64,000 nt of DNA from contig CBDCJH010000002.1 in assembly GCA_965217775.1 (NCBI GenBank), positions 1,728,001 through 1,792,000 on the forward strand, read 5' to 3'. The notes under the pieces were generated by a model. It saw nothing but the letters and a program-made list of their open reading frames with translations. It did not search any database and was not told where the DNA came from. Origin of the DNA: Acidobacteriota bacterium (GTDB lineage: Bacteria; Acidobacteriota; UBA6911; RPQK01; JAJDTT01). A program made the position numbers and the translations under genes. This document shows positions 45,531-55,226 of this stretch, piece after piece; the first letter of the stretch is position 1, and every line of letters starts with the position of its first letter.

Positions 45531-47957
45531 TCAGGTGCCGGGTGCGGTTTCGGAAACGATTAGATCGTAGACGCGGCGGGCATGATCGTAAGCCCTGCGG
45601 GCCGCGTCTTGCTCCGAGTCGCGGATCCTGGCGTGCTTCATCTTCCAGCATTGATCCACGGCCTGGCGACACCATTCGGCGCTTCTGCGTGAAGCCCGGA
45701 CCGGCTTGTCTCCCACCAGGACGAAGATGGGATTGGTGTGGGAACTGCCAAGAACCCGCAGGGCGACCCAACTGGACCGGGTGAGCTCATGGTCGAACTC
45801 GATCTCGTTCCAGTCGCCGTCAGCCGTCACGACCCGGGTTGACACGGACTGGCCATTGACCACCAGGTCCACGGGAACGTTTCGGCTGGTCCCCTTTCGG
45901 GCCCGCTCCAGATGCCAATAGGGAGGCTGAGTCATGCCGCGGGAGGCGATCAGCGCGCCCACGTCATCCTGCCGTTCCGTAAGATAGGCGGCGACTCGGG
46001 CTCGGACCTTCACCTTGCCGGGAGCGGCCAGCCGGAGCTCGCTTCCCTCGGCACCCAGTTCCCGGTCCTGCACCTGAAACCCGATAAGGTGGGATCTGCC
46101 GTCGGAGACGTAGCTCCTACCGGCGCGGATCTGCTCCATGTAGCGGTCGAAGTCCAACTCCCCTTCCAGCTTCGCGTAGCTGCGGGCCATCCCGATGCGG
46201 TCATCGTAGATACAGGGGAAATCCGTCTCTCCACTGATGCGGGTCCGGAACCCGGAATTCAGGGTGTGGTACCAGATGTTGAGCTCCCAGGGCAGCGGCG
46301 TGTCTCCGGCGGAGATGAAGTCCACCGCGTCGTGGGTCACCGACACGATGTATTCATTGGCGCCGATCCCGTCGAATTTGGCCATCACGTAGTTGGGCAG
46401 CTCGGTGGTGAATTCCTTCGGCTCCAGGCCCCATCCCGAGTGGGAGTAGCCGACGACGGCTCCCTGCCCCTGACCCCACTGGAGGACGGGGAGGGTCCAA
46501 CTGGGCCATTGCTGGACCCGGGTCGTCCCGGGGTAGTCGTCTTCCCGGAGCCGCAGAAGACAGAGATGGCCCGCGTGCGAGGAGGGAAAGCCGGAGACCT
46601 CCACGTCATAACGCATCAGGTTGTTCCGGGTGGAGAGGGAGTGCACCCGACCCTCGAAGTTCTGTTTCTGGTGATACCAGCACGGTCCCCAGGTCAGGAC
46701 GCAGGCGATGTTCAAATCTTCACCCAGCGCCTGGCGCCACATGTGAGACGGCTGGACGCCCTCGTCGGGACTCTCGTAATGGCTGCATCCGGCGGCGTGG
46801 ACATGATGGTCGGCGCTGTACCAGCCCAGAGCCGCCAAATGCGTCCAGCGCTCGAGCCGGAAACCGATCTCCTGCTCTTCGACACCGGGACGAACGCGGA
46901 CTCTCCGGTTCCGGACCAGATATTCCGGACCGCGGCTGACCTGAATTTCGTATTCGCCAGCCGGCAGGAAGACATGCTCGCCGTCAGCACGGTAGACCTG
47001 CGGATGGAAGTAGAAATCGGGATATTCTCCGCGGGAGAGCCGCCGCGACGGCAGCGGATAGACGCCTACCAGACGGCCGGCGCGGGCGGGAGTATCGCCG
47101 ATGCCCCGGGTCCGGTCCCACGGACGCCTCAGCGCCCGCGCCAACCGGTAGTCGGACGGCAAACGATTCAACTCCGGATCTTCGATCACCCGTTCGATGC
47201 CGTCGGTGATGACGAACGAGGCCATGGTGGGAGTACCGTCGTGATCCTTGACCCGGAGCCGGACCCGGACCGCAGGACGGCAGTCGAAGAGGACGTCCAC
47301 GCTGTTGCGAAAGCCCAAATCCTGGGTCCCCTGCCCCACGTGGAATCCGATCTTGGCTTCGCGCAACCCTTGTTCCCGGGTGTAGATCTGGATGATGGCG
47401 TACTCCAGCTTCAGACCCGAAAGCTGGCTCCGCAGGGGGCGGCGGCCATAGACGGCCAGTTCCAGGAAACGATTGGCCACGTCTCCGTCCGAGAGCACGT
47501 TCTCCGGTTTGACCCGTTTCGCCCCCGTCGACTTGTGAAACAGCGGCAGCGCGTTGGGGCTTTCGGCGTGGAGCTGGGCGTTGACGGCGGCGTCGTTTTC
47601 TATCTTGACCATAAAGCTGGTCCACCCGCCCTGGACCAGAAGCGGAGCCGCCGGGCCACGCAACACTTTGACCCGAGCCTCCGGGTTGATCGACACCATG
47701 GCCAGGCAATACGGATCCAACAGGGTCTGGATCTCACGAACCACCGAGTCGGAAGGAGACTGATCCCTCAAGGCCTGGATCCGCTCCCAGTCCCGGCTGT
47801 CCAAACGGCTGCCCAGGAACGAGAGGGCTTCCCCCAAGCGGACGACCTGCGCCACCAGAGGCTGGGGCTCGACGTCCTGAACCAGTGGAAGCGCCTGTCC
47901 CGGGAGAAATGACGGAAACGATGCAAAGAGGACGATCAACGCCAGGGCCGGTTTCAC
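45531..47957 (-). CDS. Exported CehA/McbA-family (PHP-like) metallohydrolase
   Basis: Signal peptide; RGPEY, GWYSADHHVH, SSHAGH, YSHSGWG, GETDFPC, HTNPIFV. Confidence 0.8.
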   Translation of the reverse strand: MKPALALIVLFASFPSFLPGQALPLVQDVEPQPLVAQVVRLGEALSFLGSRLDSRDWERIQALRDQSPSDSVVREIQTLLDPYCLAMVSINPEARVKVLRGPAAPLLVQGGWTSFMVKIENDAAVNAQLHAESPNALPLFHKSTGAKRVKPENVLSDGDVANRFLELAVYGRRPLRSQLSGLKLEYAIIQIYTREQGLREAKIGFHVGQGTQDLGFRNSVDVLFDCRPAVRVRLRVKDHDGTPTMASFVITDGIERVIEDPELNRLPSDYRLARALRRPWDRTRGIGDTPARAGRLVGVYPLPSRRLSRGEYPDFYFHPQVYRADGEHVFLPAGEYEIQVSRGPEYLVRNRRVRVRPGVEEQEIGFRLERWTHLAALGWYSADHHVHAAGCSHYESPDEGVQPSHMWRQALGEDLNIACVLTWGPCWYHQKQNFEGRVHSLSTRNNLMRYDVEVSGFPSSHAGHLCLLRLREDDYPGTTRVQQWPSWTLPVLQWGQGQGAVVGYSHSGWGLEPKEFTTELPNYVMAKFDGIGANEYIVSVTHDAVDFISAGDTPLPWELNIWYHTLNSGFRTRISGETDFPCIYDDRIGMARSYAKLEGELDFDRYMEQIRAGRSYVSDGRSHLIGFQVQDRELGAEGSELRLAAPGKVKVRARVAAYLTERQDDVGALIASRGMTQPPYWHLERARKGTSRNVPVDLVVNGQSVSTRVVTADGDWNEIEFDHELTRSSWVALRVLGSSHTNPIFVLVGDKPVRASRRSAEWCRQAVDQCWKMKHARIRDSEQDAARRAYDHARRVYDLIVSETAPGT

Positions 47958-48151
47958 GGTGGGCCTCCTTTCAGGGTAAGAATTGCGGTTTCAGGCTACC
48001 ACAGGGGAAAGGGACGACTCCTCCGATTCCTTGAAATGCCCCTCAGGGGCCGATATTCTTCTGGCGGAACGGTCGGCGGCGCCACGCCGCCGGACACGGC
48101 GGCAACCGCCGTCCGGGATCCGTCCAACGCCAGTGAAAGGAGCAACGAGTC

Positions 48152-49045
48152 ATGCCCGACGCAGACCGGCCAGGCGAGGCCAAGCAATTCTATACAGACA
48201 TCCCCGCAACCAGTGAACCCTTCTTTCTGAAGGGATCCAACTCTCTGGATTGGGGAATGCAGAACCGCCTCTCGCGGATCTTCAATCCGGCCTCGGGGCG
48301 CACCGTCATGCTGGCCGTCGACCATGGCTACTTCATGGGACCGACCACCGGCCTGGAGCGGATCGACGTTCGCATCGTCCCCCTCCTGGACTATTGCGAC
48401 GCCCTGATGCTGACCCGGGGGATCCTCCGCACCACCATCCCCTCCAGTTTCGGACGGGGCACGGTGCTCCGCGCCAGCGGAGGCCCCAGCATCCTCAAGG
48501 AGCTTTCCGACGAACAGCTCGCCCTGGGCATCGAGGACGGTCTCAGAGCCAACGCCGCGGCCCTGGCGGTCCAGGTCTTCATCGGAGGCGAATACGAGAG
48601 CCAATCGGTCCTGAACATGACCCGGCTGGTGGATCTGGGCAATCGCTACGGAATGCCGGTGCTGGCGGTGACCGCGGTGGGCAGAGAGATGGAGCGGAAC
48701 GCCAAGTACTTTCGTCTTGCTTGCAGGATGTGCGCCGAGCTGGGGGCCCATATCGTCAAGAGTTACTATATTCCCGACGGTTTCGAGACCGTGACCGCCT
48801 CGTGTCCCGTCCCCATGGTCATGGCCGGCGGAAAGAAGCTCCCCGAGCTGGATGCCCTCACCATGGCGTACAACGCGATCCAACAGGGGGCTTCAGGCGT
48901 GGACATGGGCCGAAACATCTTCCAGAGCGACACTCCACGAGCGATGATCAAGGCGATCCGCCAAGTGGTCCACAACCAACTGAAACCCAGCCACGCCTAC
49001 GAGCTCTACCAGGATCTGAGAGCGGAGAGTCTGGCCTCGACCTGA
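48152..49045 (+). CDS. lsrF: LsrF-type class I aldolase/thiolase
   Basis: [56 protein letters not shown]. Confidence 0.88.
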   Translation: MPDADRPGEAKQFYTDIPATSEPFFLKGSNSLDWGMQNRLSRIFNPASGRTVMLAVDHGYFMGPTTGLERIDVRIVPLLDYCDALMLTRGILRTTIPSSFGRGTVLRASGGPSILKELSDEQLALGIEDGLRANAAALAVQVFIGGEYESQSVLNMTRLVDLGNRYGMPVLAVTAVGREMERNAKYFRLACRMCAELGAHIVKSYYIPDGFETVTASCPVPMVMAGGKKLPELDALTMAYNAIQQGASGVDMGRNIFQSDTPRAMIKAIRQVVHNQLKPSHAYELYQDLRAESLAST

Positions 49046-49047
49046 TG

Positions 49048-49064
49048 TTCTGCCGCGCAGGCTC
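49048..49064. mobile_element. Right-end remnant of MITE family B followed by CTAG
   Basis: TTCTGCCGCGCAGGCTC-CTAG identical to 22578-22598. Confidence 0.7.
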
Positions 49065-49143
49065 CTAGGCTCGGCTTCGACGATCCGATTCCGTCCGGCG
49101 GCCGCTGGGGCCGGGACGGTCCGGAAACCACGGAACACGGAAC

Positions 49144-51252
49144 ATGAAAAGCCGTTGGTCCGACCAGGAGGCCGAGCGGTTCGTCGCCCGGTACGCTCGC
49201 CGCTGGGGCCGGGACCTGGCGCTGAGAACGTATGCTTCTCGCCTCTTGGGAGGGGAATCCGCGCTCGTCCTTCACGGGGGCGGCAACACCTCGGTCAAAA
49301 CGGAAATCACGAATCTGCTGCAAGACCGGATCTCCGCCCTCATGGTGAAGGCCTCCGGACACGACCTCGCTCGGATCGAGCCCGAGGGACATACGGGACT
49401 GGACCTGAGCCACCTGGTCCGCCTCGAAAGTCTGGAGCAGCTCGACGACCGCCGGATGGTGGACGAGTTCATGACCCACCGGCTGGATCCCAGGTCTCAG
49501 GTCCCTTCCATCGAAACCCTGGTGCATGCCTTCCTTCCTCCCAAATTCATCGATCATTGTCACGCCGACGCCATTCTGGCTCTGACCAATCAACCTAACG
49601 GAGATGCACTGGTCCGGGAAGCTCTCGGCGACGGTGTTCTGGTCCTGGACTACTTCGAACCGGGCTTCACCCTGGCCAAGGCGTCGGCCGAGGCGTTTCG
49701 CCAAGATCGACGCGGGACGGGCATGGTCTGGATGCGGCACGGTCTGGTCACTTGGGGTGAGACGGCCCGGGAGTCGTACGAAGCCACCATCGATCTGGTG
49801 AATCGAGCCGAAGCCTTTCTGGCCAGGAAGGAGTCGCGATCCCTTTCGCCGCCAGTCCGAACCTCGCCGGAAACGGTTCTCTCCCGATGGAACCGGGTGG
49901 CGCCTATCCTGAGAGGACTTCTGGCCCGGGCGACGGGTCACCCCGACCGGCCCTGGGAGCGCGTGATCCTGATTCCTCTCCTTTCCCGGGACACGTTGGA
50001 TCTTCTGGACTCCCATGAAGGCCGGTCGCTGGCCATCACTCCGCCACTGACCGCGGACCACTTGATCCGAGTCCGAAACCTTCCGCTCTGGATCGAACCG
50101 CCGGAGAGCGGCGACTCCTGCGCGTGGAGAACCCGTATCCGGAAGGCATTGAGCGATTACGCCGATGAATACGAGTCATTCGTCCGGCGCCACCGGGAAC
50201 CGGGCCCGGAGGCCGAGTCCGCCGCCGACCTCGCACCTCGCCTCATCCTGATTCCCGGAATTGGAGCCGCCTGTGCCGGACGTGACGTCAAGGCAGCCGG
50301 AATCGCACGGGACATTGCCCGGCAGACCTTCATGGTCAAGGCCCGAATAGCCCGCATGGAGGGAACTTACCAGGGACTTGACGAGTCTCACCTGTTCCTG
50401 ATGGAGCACCGCGGCATCCAACAGGCCAAGCTGGCCCGCGATGAGAAACCCTTGCGCAGCCATGTCGCCGTCGTGACCGGCGCCGCGGGAGCCATCGGTT
50501 CGGGCGTCAGCCGCGGACTGCTGGAGGAAGGTTGCCACGTGGCCGTGACGGATCTCCCCGGCGATCGGCTGGATGGTCTGGCCGCGGAGTTGAACCGCCG
50601 GTTCCCCAACCGGGTGACGGCCGTGCCCTTGGACGTCACCAGCACCCGATCCGTGGCCGAAGCCTTCGACTCGATCGTTCTCGAATGGGGAGGCGTCGAT
50701 CTCGTCGTCATCAATGCCGGCATCGCCCTGACCGGTTCACTCGCCGAGATGGACAGCGGGGAGTTTCGGAAATCGGAGAGAGTCAACGTCGAGGGGACGC
50801 TTCACCTGCTGTCGCGGGCCGCTCGCCATTTTCGCCTCCAGGGCACCGGCGGAGACGTGGTCCTGGTCTCCACCAAGAACGTCTTCGCTCCCGGCGCCGG
50901 CTTCGGCGCCTACAGCGCCACCAAGGCGGCCTCCCATCAGTTGGCCCGCATCGCCAGCCTGGAGTTGGCCGAGATGGGCGTCCGCGTCAACATGGTGGCT
51001 CCGGACGCCGTTTTCTCCCATGGGGACCGAAGATCAGGCCTGTGGGAGCAGGTGGGTCCCGACCGCATGCGCGCCCGGGGACTGGACCAGGAAGGCTTGG
51101 AGGAATACTACCGGAAGCGAAACCTCCTCCAGGCCCGGGTCACCGCGGAACACGTGGCCCGCGCGGTCCTCTTCTTCGCTTCCCGCCAGACGCCCACCAC
51201 CGGGGCGACCCTTCCGGTGGACGGGGGATTGCCCGACGCCACCCCGAGGTGA
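49144..51252 (+). CDS. Bifunctional class II aldolase / short-chain dehydrogenase (RhaD-like)
   Basis: LVLHGGGNTSVK, PSIETLVHA, DHCHAD; SDR part TGAAGAIG, NAG, YSATK. Confidence 0.9.
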   Translation: MKSRWSDQEAERFVARYARRWGRDLALRTYASRLLGGESALVLHGGGNTSVKTEITNLLQDRISALMVKASGHDLARIEPEGHTGLDLSHLVRLESLEQLDDRRMVDEFMTHRLDPRSQVPSIETLVHAFLPPKFIDHCHADAILALTNQPNGDALVREALGDGVLVLDYFEPGFTLAKASAEAFRQDRRGTGMVWMRHGLVTWGETARESYEATIDLVNRAEAFLARKESRSLSPPVRTSPETVLSRWNRVAPILRGLLARATGHPDRPWERVILIPLLSRDTLDLLDSHEGRSLAITPPLTADHLIRVRNLPLWIEPPESGDSCAWRTRIRKALSDYADEYESFVRRHREPGPEAESAADLAPRLILIPGIGAACAGRDVKAAGIARDIARQTFMVKARIARMEGTYQGLDESHLFLMEHRGIQQAKLARDEKPLRSHVAVVTGAAGAIGSGVSRGLLEEGCHVAVTDLPGDRLDGLAAELNRRFPNRVTAVPLDVTSTRSVAEAFDSIVLEWGGVDLVVINAGIALTGSLAEMDSGEFRKSERVNVEGTLHLLSRAARHFRLQGTGGDVVLVSTKNVFAPGAGFGAYSATKAASHQLARIASLELAEMGVRVNMVAPDAVFSHGDRRSGLWEQVGPDRMRARGLDQEGLEEYYRKRNLLQARVTAEHVARAVLFFASRQTPTTGATLPVDGGLPDATPR

Positions 51253-51260
51253 TCGCCGGA

Positions 51261-53093
51261 TCACGGATCGAGTTCGGAAAAATCCGGAACCGGAGAGGCC
51301 TCCACGGCTCGAGGCTCCAGAGACAATGCGGTCCGGGAACGGCTCAAACGGTCCCGCAATTCGCTGCTGGCTTCAAGATCCAGATCCCCACCAGCGGATC
51401 GGAGCACCACCCCATACGCGGAACGCGCCTTTTCGACGCTCACCTTTCCTTGCCGGACGTCTTCCCGGACGGCCTCGGGGTCCCGGCAAAGGGGATCGCC
51501 GTAGCCTCCGCCTCCGGCCTGGACCAGATGGTAGACGTCCCCCTCCTTCATGCGAAGCAGGAATTTGGAAGGCAGCGATCTGGCTTCGGTAGCGGGGTTG
51601 AGGGTGTTGCGGGTGGGAGTCCCCGGGCTCCCTCCCTGGCTGCCCCAGGGGAGGAAACGCGTCCGGTCCGACCGGACTTGCAGCGTCGCCTCAGGAGCCA
51701 GCAGCTGAAACTCCCGGACCATCCCCAACCCACCTCGATACCGGCCAGCCCCCCCGGAATCGGTCACGAATCCATAGCGCCGGATCAGGAGCGGCTGATC
51801 GGCCTCGACGGTCTCCACCGGAGTGTTGGCCATGTTGGTGATGGGGGCGGTGACCCCGTCTGCCCCGTCGGCCGCAGGACCGCCGCCTCGAGGTCCGTCA
51901 TTGTTGAACTCCAGATAGACAAAAGGTTTCCCGTCCGGATAGTAGCCCCCGACACTGATGCCGACGTCTCCTCCACCCCAGGCCGCCGGCACCCGATGGG
52001 GCAGCGCCTTCGCGAAGGCGCCGAAAACGGCATGGCCGACCCGGAACCCGCCCAGACCTCGAGCCGCCACCGCCCCGGGATGCCGCGGATTGACGAAACA
52101 GCCCTCCGGCGCCACCACGTGAATGGGCCGGAAGAAACCCGCGTTGGCGTTGATGCCAGGGTCGGTCAAGCACTTGAAGACCGCGTAGACCGTGGACTGG
52201 GTGAAGGCGAAATTGGGGTTGATGGAGCCGCGAGCCTGCGGCGAGGTGCCGGTGAAATCCACCACCATCTCATCGCCTTCGACGGTGATTCGAACTCGGA
52301 TGGCGATGGGATCGGGGTCCAGGCCGTCGGTGTCGATGTAGTCCTGAAATTCCCAGGAACCGTCGGGCAACTCCCGGATCTCGGCTCGAGTCAGACGCTC
52401 CGTGTGATCTACAATGCCGCGCATGTGCTCCTGGAGCCGATCGAAGCCGTACTCCCGGGACAGCCGCAGCAGTTCCTTCTCTCCCTGAGCCAGGGCGGAG
52501 ATCTGAGAACGGAGATCCCCCAATACTTTGTCCGGCACCCGAACGTTGCGTTCCACGATGCGCCAGACGGACCTGTTCAGAGAACCGGCCTCGAACAGCT
52601 TAAGGGGAGGAAGCCTCAATCCCTCCTGATAGATCTCGGTGTTGTCACAGGCATTCCCTCCGGCCACCCGCCCCCCGATGTCGGTGTGGTGAGCGATCAC
52701 ACAGGTCCAGGCCAGGAGCCGGCTCTCCTCGAAGACCGGCTTGAACAGGAAGATGTCGGGGAGATGGCTGGCTCCGTCGTAGGGATCGTTGTTGGCGAAG
52801 ATGTCTGCGGGTTGAACGTCGTTCCCGAATTGGCGGCGAACCGCATCCAGGGCCGGTTGCATGGCGCCCATATGGAAGGGGAGCGTCAATCCCTGGGCCA
52901 CTTGTTGCCCCTCCGGGTCGAAGATGGCAGTGGAGAAGTCCATCCCGTCCTTGACCACGGACGACGACGCCGTTCGCACCACCGTGACGGCCATGGTGTC
53001 CGCGGCGCTGTAGAGATAGTTCTTGACGATCTCCCGGGTCCACGGATCCGGGGACGACTTCTGCTTCGCTTTCTCGCCCCTGCTGCTCATCAC
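51261..53093 (-). CDS. Hydantoinase B / 5-oxoprolinase family subunit
   Basis: DFSTAIFD, NDPYDGASHLPD, HHTDIGG, DSGGAGRYRGG, AGGGGYGDP. Confidence 0.92.
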   Translation of the reverse strand: MMSSRGEKAKQKSSPDPWTREIVKNYLYSAADTMAVTVVRTASSSVVKDGMDFSTAIFDPEGQQVAQGLTLPFHMGAMQPALDAVRRQFGNDVQPADIFANNDPYDGASHLPDIFLFKPVFEESRLLAWTCVIAHHTDIGGRVAGGNACDNTEIYQEGLRLPPLKLFEAGSLNRSVWRIVERNVRVPDKVLGDLRSQISALAQGEKELLRLSREYGFDRLQEHMRGIVDHTERLTRAEIRELPDGSWEFQDYIDTDGLDPDPIAIRVRITVEGDEMVVDFTGTSPQARGSINPNFAFTQSTVYAVFKCLTDPGINANAGFFRPIHVVAPEGCFVNPRHPGAVAARGLGGFRVGHAVFGAFAKALPHRVPAAWGGGDVGISVGGYYPDGKPFVYLEFNNDGPRGGGPAADGADGVTAPITNMANTPVETVEADQPLLIRRYGFVTDSGGAGRYRGGLGMVREFQLLAPEATLQVRSDRTRFLPWGSQGGSPGTPTRNTLNPATEARSLPSKFLLRMKEGDVYHLVQAGGGGYGDPLCRDPEAVREDVRQGKVSVEKARSAYGVVLRSAGGDLDLEASSELRDRLSRSRTALSLEPRAVEASPVPDFSELDP

Positions 53094-53099
53094 GACAGT

Positions 53100-55220
53100 T
53101 CAAGCCTCCCGTTCCAGGATGATGTTCAACCGCCGGTCGAGGCGGGCGCTCCAGCCGCTCGGGACCAGGGTCGTGGAGTCGTATTCTTCGATCAGTGCTG
53201 GACCGGGGAGGGCCTTCCCTTCCAAGTCCAACCGGCCCCGGACGGGAGCTTCGATCCACTCCGATTGCGACGGCCCTTGATAGATCCGCCGGGACCGCAC
53301 CTGGGGCCGAAAACCGTCGCTGGACAGCGAGAGGGTCTCGGGAACTCGGGCCACCTGGTCCAGGCCGCGCGCCCGGACCCGGAGATTGACCAGTTCCAGC
53401 TCGGAATCGAGACGATATCCGTAGTTGGCCTCATGCTCCCGGTGGAATGCAGCCTCCAGCGCCTCCAGTCCGTCCCGATCCAGGTTCGGACCGTTGAAAC
53501 GCACTCTCAAATGTGAGGTCTGCCCCTGGTACTTCAAGTCCGCTTCGGTGACCAACTGCCGGCGGCCGGCCGCAAACCCTTCCTGATGCAGGAGATTGTG
53601 GGCCTGCTCCCTCAGGCGGTCCAGCGTCCGGTTCATGGACGCGATCCCCAATTGGGAGAGGGACTTCACCTGAGCCTGAACCAGGTGGTGCTCCACGTCC
53701 GAGAAGAGGAGGCCGAAGCAGCTGAACACCCCCGGAGATGGAGGGATGATGATCCGGGTCATTTGCAACAGCCGGGCCAGGCCCGCGGCGTGGAGAGGAC
53801 CGCCGCCGCCGAAGGCCATGAGGGTGAAACGGCGCGGGTCGCGGCCCCGTTCGCTGGAGACGGCGGCGACGGCCCGGGCCATGTTGGAATTGGCCAGTTG
53901 ATGGACACCCCAGGCCGCTTCGACGGCGGAGACACCGAGCGGGCCCGCCAGCCGGCGATCGATGACCGCCCGCGCCTGGTCGGCGAAGACGGGAAAGTCT
54001 CCGCCCAGCAGGTATCGGCTGTTGAGAAACCCCAGGACCAGGTTGGCATCGGTGACCGTGGGAAGGTCGCCTCCCTGGCCGTAGCAGGCCGGACCCGGGA
54101 CCGCGCCCGCGCTGTCGGGCCCGCAGACGAGCGAGCCACCCTTGTCCACTCGAGCCACACTGCCGCCGCCGGCACTCACTTCCGCCAGGTCGATGGAGGG
54201 AACCCTCAAGATATAGCCGGCGCCTTTCATCAATCGATGTCCCGAGCTCATTCCCCCGCCCACTTCGTACTCGCGGGCGAGCAGGAGCTCCCCCTCCTCG
54301 ATGATGGAGGATTTCGCGGTGGTGCCCCCCATGTCCAGGGTCAGAACGTCGGGCAGATTCAACCGTGCCGCCAGATGATGAGCCCCGACCACGCCGGCGG
54401 CGGGCCCCGACTCGACACAATGGATCGGCTCCTCGGCCGCCAGCCGGACCGACGCCCTTCCCCCGTTGGATTGCATCACGGTCAAGGGGACACCGACTCC
54501 CAGGTCTCGAAGCCCCTGATCGAGGCGTCCCAGGTAGCGAGCGACGATGGGACGGATGTAGGAGTTGATCACCGTGGTGCTGGTTCGCTCGTACTCTCCG
54601 GTCTCGGCCAGAAGCCGGCTGGAGAGCGACAGGCTCAGGCCGGGGATCTTCTCCTCCAGGATTTCGCCAATCCGGGTCTCGTGACGAGGATTGGCGTAGG
54701 AGTGAAGGAGGCAGACCGCCACCGAGCGAATCCCCTCATCCAGCAGCACTTCGGCCGCCTTCTCCACGTCGGATTCCACCAGAGGCGCCAATATCTCGCC
54801 CCGGTAGTCCATGCGCTCCCGCACTTCCAGCCGCAGACGGCGTTCCACCAGCGGGGGCGGCTTGCGATAGTAGAGATCGTAGAGACGCGGCATACGGAGA
54901 CGCGAGATCTCCAGAACGTCCCGGAACCCTTCGGTCGTGATCAGCGCCGTCCTCACCCCCCGGCCCTCCAGGATGGCGTTGGTGGCCAAGGTAAAGGCGT
55001 GGCTGACCTCCGAGAGACGGCCGGCCGTCAATTCCAACTCCCGCAAGCCCGCGTCAAGAGCTTCCAGTACAGCTCGACTGTAGTCGTCGGGCGTACTCAC
55101 CAGCTTCTTGACGTGGACGCCTCCCCGCTCCGAAAGGAAGACGACGTCGGTGAAGGTCCCCCCGATATCCACTCCCACCCGGTAACCGGGCGTGTCGGAC
55201 CCGACGTTCTTCTCCTGCAT
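53100..55220 (-). CDS. Hydantoinase A / 5-oxoprolinase family ATP-binding subunit
   Basis: DIGGTFTD, ESGPAAG, DMGGTT, AGGGS, GPDSAGAVPGPACYG, FGGGGPLH. Confidence 0.93.
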   Translation of the reverse strand: MQEKNVGSDTPGYRVGVDIGGTFTDVVFLSERGGVHVKKLVSTPDDYSRAVLEALDAGLRELELTAGRLSEVSHAFTLATNAILEGRGVRTALITTEGFRDVLEISRLRMPRLYDLYYRKPPPLVERRLRLEVRERMDYRGEILAPLVESDVEKAAEVLLDEGIRSVAVCLLHSYANPRHETRIGEILEEKIPGLSLSLSSRLLAETGEYERTSTTVINSYIRPIVARYLGRLDQGLRDLGVGVPLTVMQSNGGRASVRLAAEEPIHCVESGPAAGVVGAHHLAARLNLPDVLTLDMGGTTAKSSIIEEGELLLAREYEVGGGMSSGHRLMKGAGYILRVPSIDLAEVSAGGGSVARVDKGGSLVCGPDSAGAVPGPACYGQGGDLPTVTDANLVLGFLNSRYLLGGDFPVFADQARAVIDRRLAGPLGVSAVEAAWGVHQLANSNMARAVAAVSSERGRDPRRFTLMAFGGGGPLHAAGLARLLQMTRIIIPPSPGVFSCFGLLFSDVEHHLVQAQVKSLSQLGIASMNRTLDRLREQAHNLLHQEGFAAGRRQLVTEADLKYQGQTSHLRVRFNGPNLDRDGLEALEAAFHREHEANYGYRLDSELELVNLRVRARGLDQVARVPETLSLSSDGFRPQVRSRRIYQGPSQSEWIEAPVRGRLDLEGKALPGPALIEEYDSTTLVPSGWSARLDRRLNIILEREA

Positions 55221-55226
55221 TCTTTT

